Shown: positions 36,701 to 50,545, numbered from the stretch's first letter. The stretch is 64,000 bases of DNA from Camelus dromedarius (GCF_036321535.1 NC_087436.1:48796001-48860000), one strand, 5' to 3'. The notes: generated by a model not told the origin, from the sequence alone. Numbers and translations: made by a program.

Positions 36701-39152
36701 CAATTCACGCCAGGAATTATGAATCCGGACTAGAAAAACTTCTTTGAACAGGACACAAATATATACAGGACTACCAATTTTTTCTGTTAAATATTTGTCT
36801 GTAAAAGTTCACTGTCTTTTAGAAAAACACGAATAGAACTTTTTTCCCCCCTATTTTAGTATCCCAATATTGTTTCCTCTGTGTGGTACAGACATGCTTC
36901 AGCTGTATTTCAACACCAGAGAAATTTTCATCATTATTGAACATCATTCTTTTGTATTTTGATAATACACTTAATTCTAATCTCAAAATCAGCATGAAAG
37001 CCATGCTAAAGTCAAATTTTCAGGGAACATCATGAGTTGGGAGTGCCAGGGTTGAATCTTACGCACATAAATGACTTTGATTTAGTAAAAAGGAAAAGTT
37101 ATCTAGGGCTTATCTGGGTGGTTATTGTACGTTAAAAGCAAGTGCTCCTTTTGGTTACAACCAAAGTTCAATAAATACTAATACTTCTATATCTTTGCTG
37201 CTTAGACTTTCAAGTGCAAAAGTAACAGTCAATAGTGGATTAAAAACTATATTGTGTGGGTATGCACAATACTGCGTCAGCAATAAAAAGCAATAAAGGC
37301 ACTCAAACATTTTTTCTTGAAAGTGAGTTATAACAGCTATGTTTAGAAGCTCAAAGACTTTAGTTATTTCTTCTTGAACATTAATTTAGAAAAGAAAATG
37401 ACATGACATATTTGATGTAAACTTTTGATACATTTTGAGAACAGAGTCATATATAAGTAGGGTTCACCACAGTTTAAAATAGATACTCTGTTTAATTATA
37501 CATAGAAACAACTAATTGCTTATGAGACTTCTTCAGGATAATGCTTAAAACTTGACATTTCTAGATACCTAATGAAATATATAACATAAACATCTAAATA
37601 TCCTCCCTAATGAATAGCCCTAAAATCTATCATCTAATGTTCACGACACAGACATGGCGGCATAAGGGCATCTATGAGTAACACCTACACATCTTCGTAC
37701 CCACAGAACAGGCATGGGAATCTCCTCACTCTAAAACAGGGAAACAGGTTTTCATCACTTCCAAGAACTGCTAAAATCAGATTTGAAGTTATGTATTTCC
37801 TCCCATTGTTTAAATCCCACATATGTGATACACAGAGACATCAAATATATAGAACAAAAAATACCAGGAGATGGCAGTTAGTCAAAATTTTCCATTAGTT
37901 TACTCAAATCTAATAAACATGTAGTTTTTACTTTCAAGTTAATAAAAAAGCAAGAACTCTCTCTTCATAAGCTGGTAGAAAATAGGTAGGCTTCCTAGAG
38001 GATTATACAGAACTTTGAAATAAATACTGTTGTACTGATGGACTTTAAAATTCATAAGCAGATGATTTAGCAAAAGACTTTGTACTTCCATTTATAAGAA
38101 AAGAAACAACACTAGGTGAACATATGAGAATTTTAGTTGCCTTTTAAGGAATTACATCCAAATACTGAGAAGAAATGTATAGGGATTATTAATAATAAGC
38201 AGCAAAATTGTAAATAACCAATTAATTTATACAACTCACAAAAACATAATTTCTTTGCTAAAGTGCACTTTGAAACACTGTAAACAAAATTTCAAGAGCA
38301 AAGAAGGACAGTTATAAAACTAAAACTTTCAGTGGAAGTGGGGGAAAAAACCATTTTCTTTCCGTCATTAACAGACAAGTAAGAGCAATTCCAACAGCCA
38401 ATTAACAAACATTTATTAGGTGCTGAGCACTGCTCTCCGGGTTGGGGATCCAGCAGTCACTGCTGCCACGGAACACACATTCCAGTGAAGGTAGACAGAT
38501 GACACACACAATGCAAACATATACTGCATCAGGGGCTAAGAAGAAGAATAAACAGAGACGGGGACAAAGGGTGAGGGACAGGAGACTTATTTTAGAGAGG
38601 ATGATCTGAACGGGCCTCTCTGATAAGGTGACATTTGAGATCTGAATGAGGTGATTGAGCCAGGCAGACAGATTATCTGGGGGAAGAATTTTCCAGACAA
38701 AGGGGATAACAAACAGATTTAGTAAATAGGAGACTGGCAGAAAAGAAGATCAAAGAAATAGCCAGGGGCGAGCGTATATAAGGCTTTATAATCTATGTAA
38801 GAACTTCGGATTTTACTTTGAGTTAGATGGATTTTGTGACATTATTTGACGTTTTAAAAAGAATTTCTACAGGTAAGCAAGGGTACAAGCAGGGGGTCTG
38901 ACTAGGACACTACTTGTAGTCAAGCCCAGATATTATGGTTGCTCAGACTAAGGACAGAGCAATGGAAGTGGTGGAAATGATCAGGTTTGGCATATATTTT
39001 AAAAATAGAGCCGACAGAATTTATGGATGAATTGGATACAGATGGTAAAAGGAAGACAGGAGTCAAGTATAACTCCAGAATTTTGGGCTGAGCAACTAGA
39101 AGAATCAACTGCCACATGTTGAGTTGTAGTAGAGGTATTAAGACTAAATCCT

Positions 39153-39460
39153 CACAGAGAACAAACTTATGGTTACTAGGGGATAAATGGGGTAGGAAGG
39201 GATAAATAGGGAGTTCAAAATTTGCAGATACTAACTACCTTTATATATACTAACTATATAAAGTAGATAAACAACAAGTTTATACTGTACAGCACAGGGA
39301 ACTATATTCAATATCTTATAGTAACCTATAATGGAAAAGAATATGAAAACAAGTATATGTATATGTATATGTATGATCGAAACATGCTGTACACTAGAAA
39401 TTGACGCAACATTGTGAACTGACTATATACTTCAATAAAAAAGAATGCAAAAAAAAAAAA
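39153..39460 (+). mobile_element. Younger 5'-truncated L1 3' end (cetartiodactyl-type)
   Basis: gaacaaacttatggttac ... tactgtacagcacagggaactatattcaatatctt ... aataaa plus poly(A). Perfect 13-bp TSD aagactaaatcct (39140-39152 / 39461-39473). Confidence 0.9.
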
Positions 39461-39749
39461 AAGACTAAATCCTGAGATTTTCCACATTTAGAGGCTTAGA
39501 GGCTGAAGAACCAGCAAAGGAGACTAATAAAGAGTCATTCTATTCATTTCTCAGAGGCCAAATAAAGTATAGCAAGGAGAAGGGAATGGTTAATTTTGTC
39601 AAATGCAGTTGATACACCAAGGAAAATAAGGACTGAGACTTGTCCATTGGATTTAGAAATAGAAGTGATTGGTGACTTTGACAACAGCAGTTTTGTAGGA
39701 GTGGTGGGGCATCAGCCTGATTATCAGGGGTTTGAGAGAGAAGGACAAC

Positions 39750-40630
39750 TAATAAATGTGTAAGGCCTAATAGAAACAGAAAATCACCACATTACAATGA
39801 CCACGGTAATAACTGCCTTGGGTAGGAATCATCAATGGATGCTAAAAGCACAGGTGAAAGACCACTGGGGAACAAGACAGCCTCAAAGTAGCTTCTCAGA
39901 GATTGTAACTGCAAATGAAAATCGGTATCTTTACAATGGAGGAATCTGAGAGGCACCACCTTAACCTAGTGATCAAGCTTATCACGAATAATGAAGCAAA
40001 GTGGTATCATGTGATGCACTCAGAGGGATACATCAACTCTGTAGTATACTTGCTAAAAACATTTAGGAGTCACTTTATTGTAGACTTGCCAACAGTACAG
40101 TCATCTAATAGAGGAAACAGATAAACCTGAATTGAGACTATTCTGCAAAAAACTTGGCCTAGATTCTTAAAAAAAAATTCAATGTCATAAAAGACAAAAA
40201 TTATGAAGACCAGGGTTCTAGGTTAAAGGAGCCTAAAGATATATGACAACTAAAAGCAACTCACAATCCTTGATTGGATACTGGGTATTAAAAGAGAGAG
40301 AAAGTTTTATTGAACAATTGGGAAAATTTGAATGTGGTTTGTAAATTCAATAATATTATTGTGTTAATGTTAAATTCCCTGAAATTACTGAATTGGGGTT
40401 ATCTAGAAGAATGTCCCTATTCTTAGGAGAAACATGAGGAAGTATTTCAGGATGCAATGTCACAATGTCTGCAAGGAAATCTCAAATGGTTCAGGAAAAA
40501 TGAATGTGTTAAAGATATTGTAAGGTAAGATAAACTAGTAAAAATTGGTATGAAGCCTACATGGGTATTCACTGTTTACTTGTGCAACTTAAAAACAATA
40601 GGTTTGTAATTTTTTAACAAAAGATTGAGA
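39750..40630 (+). mobile_element. L1MC/MD/ME-type 3' end
   Basis: ggaatcatcaatggatgctaaaa; ctttacaatggaggaatctgagaggcaccaccttaacctagtgatcaa. Confidence 0.75.
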
Positions 40631-43269
40631 GGAGAGTGGAGGAAGAGAAATTGAAAGCATAGACTTTTAAGGTATTTTGTTTAAAAGGGGGGGGGGTAAA
40701 TGGAGTGGTAGCAGTAGGTTAAGCAGGGTTAAGAGAGAATTTTTAAAAAAAGAAAGACACGTTAGCATTTTTGTTATCTGATAGGCATGATTCAGGAGAA
40801 AAAGGAAAAAAAAAACTATTAAGGGCATGAGGGGCTGAGATACAGCACACTGTGAGAGGTTTGGGTTTAAATGGGAATTTGGCAGGAGGACTTGCAGTGT
40901 ATGGATATAGATGGAAGCCAGTATGCTGGCACATTTTGCTGGGGAAGCATGTAGAACCTCTCCTGATTGTGTTTATTTTTCGTCTATGAATTAAGAGAGA
41001 AGGGGAGGAAGTATAAAAATTTGAAGAGAGAAGAAGATACACAATAGTTACACATACTGAGTCGACTCAGAAATTCTTAGATAAGGATTATTAGTATTAA
41101 GGACCCAACTCCCTTAAACAAAGATCTATATAATTGTAAAGATGGAAGAAACCCAAGAACGCACCATCTAATCCAGTCATTTTAGAGGCAAAGAAATGGA
41201 GACTCTGATATCCTTTTATAATTGATAGGTTGAGAATAGGAAAAACAGAATACATAGAGATAATGAACATGGTTCACTGGCCAAATAAAATGATAGTACT
41301 AAGAATATAAACCATTTATTGGAATCCTCTTACATGACAGTACTATGCTAAGTACTTTGAATACGTTATCTCTTGTACTGAAAACTACTTATACAAAGCT
41401 CTATAAAAGGTGTGTGTGTATATATATATATATAATATATATATTATATGTATTTACCTTCCATTTTCCATATGCATACAAGAGGTTCAAAAAGTTTAGA
41501 TATCATCCTCAAAGTCATAAAGCTGTTTTCATCAGTTGATGGAATTTACATTGGTACTGTAGTTATCAGTCTTATTTTAAGGGATTCTCACTGAGACTTC
41601 GCATCCTTTTGTCTTATCCAGCTCTATACTACTTTTATACCTCTTTGTACCTAGCAGATTTTCAAATATGCTTATTGACTCAAACACTTCAGTAACCTGA
41701 AGGCTATTAAGAAATCTGAGACTATTCAGGGCATAGTGCCCATCATCAGATACTTAAGAGAAAAGGAGAAGTGAATGAACAAAACAGTAACAGAAACTGA
41801 GGAAGTGAATATTTTGCAAAATCAATGTAAGTTTCTTCATTGATTAAATACACAGAGGAAGCAAAGTGGACTCAATGCTAATTGATACTAAAAAGTTTCT
41901 AACAGATGCAATGGGAAAATTTCTAGGAAAACAATGTTTCATACATATATATGAACAATAAAGGCTTACATTCTGAGAACCCAGTAAGAGACGGCAGAAG
42001 GAAGGGGTCTAAATTAACTGGTAATTTATAAATTCTCACATAACAAGGGAGAGCTTAAAGAGTGAAACTTTCATTGCTTCACTTTAGTGCAGTGCCAGTC
42101 TTTTAATCCCTTCCTGACCTATTTTTATTCAGCAATGAAAAGGGTACATTGTTTGATTTGGGTATTAGCTTTTAAGGAGATTAGTATCCAGGAAAAGTAA
42201 AGCATTTTGCATATAAAGAGGGACAGTCATACAAGGTATCAGCGTGTACTCTGTTCTCAAACCACCTGATAAAAAGAAATAAAAAACATGGCAGAATCCA
42301 AAATTCATTCCCTCCCAAAACTATAGATGAAATTAAAACTATTTCATATGAAGAAATATTTCTCAATGAAAAATATTTGAAAACATTTCAAGATATATAT
42401 GTGCCTTCTAGAGATTTAACCAGAAGAAAGCAGAATCCTTTTATTCATAAGCAAGAAGTAAAAATTAATAGATTTTTCCCCTTAATCATATATGTCAATC
42501 TGCATTAGATTATTAATTATGGATTATAATGCAATTAAAATACACACACAATGGGGAAATACATAAAGCTTCCTAAATCTTCACAAAATTTAATTTTTCT
42601 TAGAGATTTCTGGCTTGAACTTAACCCTTCAAAAAAATTTGTCCATATATCCAAGTGTGTACAGATTATTTTTTTTTCAGCCCTAATAGTTCTAATATCC
42701 CTTTTCTAACAAATGTTTTGTAATATTATCCTTAACTATTCTGAGGCAAGATTCAAAAATAATATAGCTTACCTACCTACATAATCTAGATAAAAATAAT
42801 TTAGTTATAATAGAAGGAAGTAAGATAAATATCTTATAAAAGAATAGTATTATAATATGCTCAGTCACGGTTACTAGAGGACCAAAATACCCACCCAAAT
42901 TTCTAAAACACCCTCAGGGCTTAACATTAAATATCACAACATGTAAATTCTCTGAATTTGGTGACATTTTTTCTAGAATTTAATGCAGTGTTTTGTTACT
43001 AGAATTTTGCTCTTCATTCACCCAAAACACCATAAATTTTAGAAAACATGTTTTCACAGAGCATATTGTAATTTAGAGGATTTCACTTCTATTTCAAAAA
43101 TTTCCCCTTGTAAAAACCATCTTCTGTACATTAGTACCCAACATTCCAATATAAAGGAGTTTCTTTAGGTAAATAAATTAATAAATTTTGTTTTTTAAAT
43201 GAGCTGCCTGATGTAACCATCCGATTATTTTTCTTTTGTAATAGTAACAATAATGAAACACTTATCTGA

Positions 43270-43820
43270 TATCTTTGGAAACATTTCTCATAACTAAAAT
43301 CTGTAAAATTTTTTGTTCTTAAATATTTCATACATACAAATGTATTTTACATATATGTTACAAATAATACTACTGGTAATAAAATGAATATTGAGTTATC
43401 CAATACCCAGCTTAAGAAATAGAACATTACTAATACTCCTGAAGTAGTCCTGTGTATATGTCCCTATCAGTTGTACCTCCCTCACCTTTCTCTACCCTGA
43501 GACAATCACTATCCTGAATTTTGTGTTTACCATTGTAATGGCTTTCTTTTTAGGTTTGCCACATAGATATGTAAACCTAATACTACATCATTTAGTTTTG
43601 AATATTTCTAAGCTATAGGTAAATGTAATTATATTTTATACATTATTTTTGCAAATTGTATTTTCCACTGTTTTCTAAGGTTCATTCATGCATATATGAA
43701 CCTGTACTTTGTTTTCACTACTAAGTGTTCCATTGTCGAGCTATACGGTATCTATTTTCCTATTGACAGTCATTTGGAATGCTTTGCTTGCTTGCTTGCT
43801 TGCTTGCTTGCAATTACTAA
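43270..43820 (-). mobile_element. L1ME-type 3' end
   Basis: acccagcttaagaaatagaacattactaatac; caatcactatcctgaattttgtgtt. Confidence 0.7.
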
Positions 43821-43917
43821 CAACCAAAAATATTTTCTACAATTTTGGACTTTCTTAAGTTGGTTGCATATTTGTTAGCCTTATTTTAAAAACTTGAGTA
43901 CAATTTAAAGGTTGTTA

Positions 43918-44080
43918 GGGGAGAGGGTATATATAGCTCAAGGGGTAGAGCACATGCTTAACATGCATGAGGTCCTGGGTTCAATCCACAGTACCTCCTC
44001 TAAAAATAAAGATGCAAATAAACCTAATTATCTCCCTCCTCCAAAAAAAAAAAACCCAAAAAACAAAACCAAACCTAAAT
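43918..44080 (+). mobile_element. tRNA-derived SINE (Vic-1-like), copy 4
   Basis: tatagctcaaggggtagagcacatgcttaacatgcatgaggtcctgggttcaatccacagtacctcc...aataaacctaatta plus an A-rich tail. Confidence 0.88.
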
Positions 44081-44484
44081 AAAGTTTATTGGTTGCATAT
44101 TTGTTAGCCTTCTTTTAAAAACTCGAATATAATATAAACTTCCCTTTCTAAATCTAAGACATACTTATGGATATCAATTATCTACAATACAGCATTATAA
44201 TAATGCCCTCAGTGGTTATAGAGATATATATATTCTAATTTTTACTAGAATTAGTAAATTTAGTCTGCTTTTTATAGTTCTTTTGTCTCACTCTCCAGCT
44301 ATTGGCAAGAAACTTCTTGCTGCTATAATGTTTATTCTAACATTCTCTATTTTCAATTTCCTCCCTGTAGACCTGGAGCCTAGCCAATGAAATTTGAGTA
44401 CAGTGCCAACAAGAAGGAAAAATAGGTTATGACTGGAAGACCAAATGGGAGCTTTTCTAGAGGGAATGTGTACTACTATGAGAT

Positions 44485-44710
44485 AAATGGTATTATGGAA
44501 GGAACAAAGGTTTTGGTATTTAAGGTCTGGCTCAGGCATTTATTAGCTGTCTGACCTTGTCAAGATACCAAATCTTTCTGAGTATTTGCTTTCTGATCTG
44601 TAAAGTGTACATAACAATCCTATCTGATAGGACTATTGTGAGAAATAAATAGCACCATAGCATAGTCCCAGCTACACCACTGACTTTCAGTAAATGTAAG
44701 TTGCTTCTCA
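44485..44710 (+). mobile_element. MIR SINE
   Basis: tttattagctgtctgaccttgtcaag ... tctgatctgtaaagtg. Confidence 0.65.
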
Positions 44711-46262
44711 TTTGTATCTACTTCACATTAGAGGGTGGAATTTGCCCAACTACTTCAAGAGACCAGAGACTTTTTGGCTTACCACCTGGTTCACAGATGT
44801 GTTCTACATAGTTCCAGACATACGATCTTCCTGGAAGTGGAGTATTATTATAACTTTAAAAACCACAGCAAGCACCTCATTGTAAATGTTAAGCAAAATT
44901 GCTACTGCAGAAAAACTGGCTTATGACTTAAAGACTTCTCACATGCAAAAGAGAACGGCAAAGAAAAAAGAGTTAGAGAAAAGTGAGAACTGAGGGATGT
45001 GGTGAAGAGACAATGAAAAGTCAATTTGTGAATAACAGGTGTTCCTGAGAAGAAGGCCAGAATAAATGGAATGAAAATTTTATTTGAAGAAATACTGCCT
45101 TGAGGGAAGGAAATTTTCCTAGATAAAAATTATGAATTATATTTGAAAGAACTCACCTGCTATGGCAAAGTTAATGAAAAGACTATTGCCTTTCCTGAGG
45201 AAGAAAAATTGAACTAGAATTTAATCAGCTGAAACATGTTAAGTATTATGGCTTAAGGCAGGATAACTGTTTATCTACATATATACAAAAGACAGGTTGG
45301 CTTCAGATTTCCCTAGAGCATTACATGAAACGCAAGGGAGCAAGATTTAAAGAGTTTTGATAGAAGACAGTTGTGGCTTAAGAATTCTTTACACAGCTAC
45401 ATTTACCTCTGAAGGCAATGGAACCCTTTTCTCTAACATACAAGTGTTTTAAGAGTCTGCTCCCTCTCTCTGGGGAAATGAAGAAACAAAGCATGTCAGG
45501 CTCTAGCTAGTCTAAGTAATTTTTATATAGTATCTCACTTCATCCCCATAACATTATCTTCATTTTATAACTGAAAATATTCTCATTAATATTATTCCCA
45601 TTTTACAATTGAGGATATCCTTCAGTATCCTTATTTTACAACTGAGGAAATAGGATGCTCAGAAAAGTTAATTTGTCCAGTCACATAGCCAATAAGTACA
45701 AAAAAAGAGGTACTAGAGACCACATCTGTTAGACTCCATCAATTTGGCTTCATGAGCACCCATGGAATGTCTCTTGGAAGAGAAGATTTTAAACAGAGAA
45801 GATAGAAAAGTAAACATAAATTACTATAAGAAAATGACAGGTGGTTTCATGTAATCTTGGTGTGAATAGCCTTTCTAAATCTGACATCAAAAGCTTGCTT
45901 CTAATTTTATTTACTTTAAATTTTTGTTCCTGACATAATTATCCACTTTTGTCTCTGTCAAAAGACTCAGAGACTATTTCAGGCTTACTATAGTAGAAGG
46001 GTGAATCAAATAACATATTGACGAACTTCAAACCAAAGTCCTACTACTCATAAAAGATAAATGTTTACGTCTTAATTCAATTTTGTAAAATTAGATCAGA
46101 GTTTATACCTGTTATTTTATAAAAGCAGTTTTGAAGAAGAAAGAGGAGGAGGAGGAAAGAAAAACCATTTTAACCCCGAAACCCTAACAATTTATTTAAC
46201 AAGGTCTGCACTCATTCATCTTGGTACCTCCAAGGCCTGGCATAGAATGAACAAATGAAATA

Positions 46263-46904
46263 CAGGCGATTCTCATTATCCACAGACTCCATGTTTGTGA
46301 ATTTTCTTACTCACTAAAATTTATTTGTAACCTCAGAATCAATACTTGTGGTGCTTTCGTAGTTATTCATGGACATGAACAGAGCAACAAAAAATATGAA
46401 TGGCCTGACATACATGTTTCCAGCTGAGGCTGAACAAGGCAATGCTCTGCCTTCATGTTTCAGCTCTCATACTGGAAACAAGTGTCCTTTTCATGGTCTA
46501 CTTGGTCCCATATTTTTTCATATTTTTGTGCTTTTTTTGTTGGTGATTTTGCATTTTAAAATGGTTCCCAAGCATAGTGCTGAAGTACTGTCTAGTGTTC
46601 TTCAGTGCAAGAGGGTTAGGATAAGCCTTATGGAGAAAATGTGTGCATTAGATAAATTTAATTCAGGCACGCATTATAGTGCTGTTGGCTGTGAGTTCAA
46701 TGTTAGTCAACAATATATATTAAATAAGATGTCTTTAAACAGAAATACACATAAGGTTATGTATGCTCAGTTGACAAAAATGTGACCAGAGGCTCGCAGG
46801 AACCTAATCCTATATTTCCCCAAGAGCAATGGTTCAGTATCTGCTATTTCAGTGTTTGCAGTGATTTTATAGAACATAACTACTATGAATAAGGTGATTT
46901 ACTG
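46263..46904 (+). mobile_element. MER82-like Tigger non-autonomous element, near full length (642 bp)
   Basis: ta|caggcgattctcattatc ... gaataaggtgatttactg|ta TIRs with TA flanks, and ctaaaatttatttgtaacc...aatcaatact. Confidence 0.85.
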
Positions 46905-47264
46905 TATTTATTGGGCAACTATTATGCATCACCGCAACTGGTATCATTTTTGAATATTCTCTTCCACACTTTGCCTCTCTGTGAAACAATTTAGCATTTT
47001 GTGTCATGTGAATTCACAAAACACATTATTTTAGTTTATAAGAATAAAACTGGTATTTCTCACTTTTCTTCACGTCCATACCCGAAAGAAATTTCAAACT
47101 TAAGACTCTTAAAACCTAGGAAAGTCTCCAAGAAATCATAGTGACATCAGGCAAAATTGCCTATGTGGTATTTGTAAATTTTTACATAAGGTCAAAAAAG
47201 GAGATTTTATAGCCTTCTGTGAAACCCACTTCAATGGTTAATATCTCTTGCTTCTAATTTAAAT

Positions 47265-48500
47265 TTATTCCACAAGCACTTATTTTATTTCTATCATGGC
47301 CCATGCCCTGTGATATATCCCAGAGGTCACAAAGATGAGTATGAAATAGTCACTACCCTTTGGGATCTCAAATTGTGGGAAAGGCTGCACATAGGAACAG
47401 GTAGGTAAACAGACCATTATGATACATTGCGGTAAGTCCTAAAACAGAGCTACACAGTGAGTGCTGTGAAAGCACATATGTGAAGTACTCTCTTCTGGGT
47501 ATCTGTGTCTGTCTGTGTGTGTTAGAGGTGGAGCAATGATGAGATGAGAAAAAAGGAGGGAAATCTGGGAATGACTTCTGAGGATGATTAAACCTGAGCT
47601 AGACAGAAAAGTGAAGAAGGAATAAAGAAGAGATGAAGAATTTGAGAAATAAGTAGAATGGCTGAATGAGAATGAGAGACAGGAGCAGAACCAAAGACGC
47701 CTCCCATGTTTCTAACTTGGGAAATTGAGGAGATGTTAACACTGTACTCTTAACTGAAGAGAAAGAGTTTTGAGAGGAAGGACAGAGCATAGGAATGGAA
47801 GTGAGCATATGGGAAGAGGAAAGGATGAGTTTAGCTTTAGGCATGTCCAGGTTTTGGCACAATGGCACCTCCAGCTAGAGAGATGAAAACAGTCTTGGAT
47901 ATACATGTCAGGAGCTCAGGAGAGAAACGAATTTGAGAGTTAACAGAATACATGGGGTGGCCAAAGCCATGGAAGTAAGATAAAGTGACCTAGGGAGAAT
48001 ATGGGCTTTGGAAGAGAAGAGAGTAGAATCAGACCCTAGGGAATAGCAATATTTAAAGAGCAGAGTGAGGAATAAAAGCCACTGAAGAAGACTAGGGAAA
48101 GTCACAACCAGGAGAGCATGCTGCCACAGATGCAAGAGCAAGGGCCTGTACTGTTACCAAGGAGCAGCTGAACAGTGATACATGCTGCAGACAGGTTTCA
48201 TGAGTTAAGGGCTGAAACACGTCCAGTGAATGTGACAGAGAGAAGGTCGCCCTAGAGAGATGACTCTAGATAACTTAGTTTCAGTAAAGTGATGCAGAAA
48301 ACAGGCAGATGGCGGAGAGTTTAAGAGTGAATGAGATGTAAGTAAATACAGACATAAAGTAGACCCCACTTTCAAAAAGCTAAGCTTTGAAGCCACAGGG
48401 AGACATGGGAGAAAAGAGGTTTGATGGTAAAGACACTCAGGAAATGACAGGCATGGCAGTAAGAGCCTATTGATGGGACTGGCTTGAAACAGGAGAGACA
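47265..48500 (-). mobile_element. L2 remnant
   Basis: gatgagtttagctttaggcatgtccaggttt; caggagctcaggagaga. The short minus-strand ORFs here have L2-like Leu/Ser/Pro composition. Confidence 0.75.
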
Positions 48501-49259
48501 GTTTCATTCTGAGCTAGGCATGACAGAAAGTTGAAGGAATTCTTGCCTTTTAACATGTGAATTTCATGCTCTGCACTCTTAGCAATCTTTGTTTAGAATT
48601 CCATTCCTTTTTAAAGTACAGTACAACGATCTTCATGTGATTTATACCAACTACTTATTTATGCACTCAAATAAAAAGAAAAAAAAGAGGGGGTGGAGGG
48701 AAGGGCAGGAAAGTAAAAGGGAAGACGTAGTGAGAAAGAATATGAATTCTGGTCTCTAACAAACTACCCAGGAAGTCTGAGTACCAAACTCCCAAGAATG
48801 GGCTGCTGTCTGTGAACCTATACTGACAAACTGGGCTTCCTTTGCTGAATTCCAAACACACACATTATCTTCTTCCCTTACCACCCCTCACCAGCCCTCC
48901 TCCATTTCCCAATAGGTCTTTTTGAGGTGCTGGAAACATTCTTCCTAGAAAGGAATGGAGTCAGCACAGAGGGCTATAGGAACTTCTTGGACGTCAATCC
49001 TCTGCTGGGATGGATGGCAAGAACTCTACTGTACCCGGAAATGACTACAAGCCACATAAATATAGCCCCTAAATCCAAACTAAATGTATATTTGATCCAA
49101 CTCCACTTAGCCAGTTCCAAAAAATGTCCATATACAAATCTGTAGCTTTTTAAAAGTTGGCAAATAATTTAAAAAAATGTTTTAGCAGTGTATGGGCCAA
49201 GGAACACAAGTGTGTTTTCCCCTGGCTTAAGGGCTACCAGTTTGTGACTTTCACACCAC

Positions 49260-50545
49260 AAACCAAAGTTAGAAAGTGGGAAGGGGACAAGAAAATGTGA
49301 TCAATCTAGCAAAATTCAGAAAAAGAGAAAACTAAACATAATAAGAAACAATGATGAATAAAAGAAAAAGCCAGATGGCCTACAGAAGACCAAACATGGT
49401 GAATGTTATATCTGGCCACCATAGATATGGATTTTCAGAATTAATAACAATAAAAAATTCAACTAAAATAAAATGGTAGGGAAAAAAATGGAAATAAAAG
49501 GATGACTAACAATATTCCAGGTAAAAAGCTAGCAAAAAGAAATAGGAGCTGCAATATTAATATCAGATAAGATAATTCAAGGCTAAAATAATCAAATAGC
49601 ACACTATTTGAAAGGTAGACTCTATTGGTATGTGCCAGTTGTGAATTTTTATGCACAAATGGCAAAGTATCAAAGCCTATTAAACAAATAATTTAGAATG
49701 AAAGAAGGCTTTGACAAGCCATTATCAAAGTGGAAACTATAATACACATTTTAAAATTTAATCAATAAAATGTAAGGGAATTGAATGTTTAAATAATGAA
49801 CTAGGTAAACTATCTGCAGATGTTTATATACCTTTCGATCTCTGTTATATATGTATGTGTTTACATACAGAATAGGCTGGAGCTGAGGAGTGAATGGCCT
49901 CCCTATGTGAGTGTATGTGGGGACAGGCTTCCTACTCAGCTCCAGCCTGCTATTTCAAGGGAGATTACACAATGTTTCTAGGTGTTTCAAAAGAATCTAA
50001 GATATTTTATTTATGAACTCATACACACATGCACACATATAAACTTTGTGTCCAACATAGACAGAACTCACATTTTTACATGAACATTGACAAAATTGAT
50101 CGTGCACTAGGTTAGAGATGCTGATCATAACGTGATCAAAACTCATAAAGTTATCAAAACAAACACTAAGCAAGCACCTTGAAATTTAAAACACTCCATA
50201 AATAACTCGAGGATGAAAATATTAATCAAAATTGAACCACATACTATTAAGACGTGAATAACAATGAGAACACTGTATAAAAACTTAAGAAATACAGTCA
50301 AAGCAGGTATCAGAAAAAAAAAGTCTACAGCCTTTAATAGAAGTACACTTGTTCGAAAACAAGAAGCATGGAAATGTAAACAATTGAAGCATTTGATCCA
50401 AGAAATCAAGTAAATAAAAAACATCATATACAAGGAAGAAAACAGTAAGATAAAAGCAGAAATAATAAACTTTTAAAAAGTGAACATGGTAGAAATAAAA
50501 AGAAAAATCCAACTCAAATTTTGGAAATGTAAAAGACTGCAATAA
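49260..50545 (+). mobile_element. Diverged L1 ORF2 (endonuclease region) fragments
   Basis: aataggagctgcaatattaatatcagataagata; acattgacaaaattgatcgtgcactagg; gtataaaaacttaagaaatacagtcaaagcag. Confidence 0.65.

Larger units (their letters stand above)
38395..41040 (-). mobile_element. Long L2 remnant interrupted by two L1 insertions
   Basis: aacaaacatttattaggtgc; ggcctctctgataaggtgacatttgaga; gtccattggatttagaaat...ggtgactttgacaacagcagtttt. Confidence 0.75.

Noticed and set aside
46369..46785. 138-aa ORF
   Set aside because: Lies wholly inside the MER82-like non-autonomous element, with no transposase motifs or splice context recognised.
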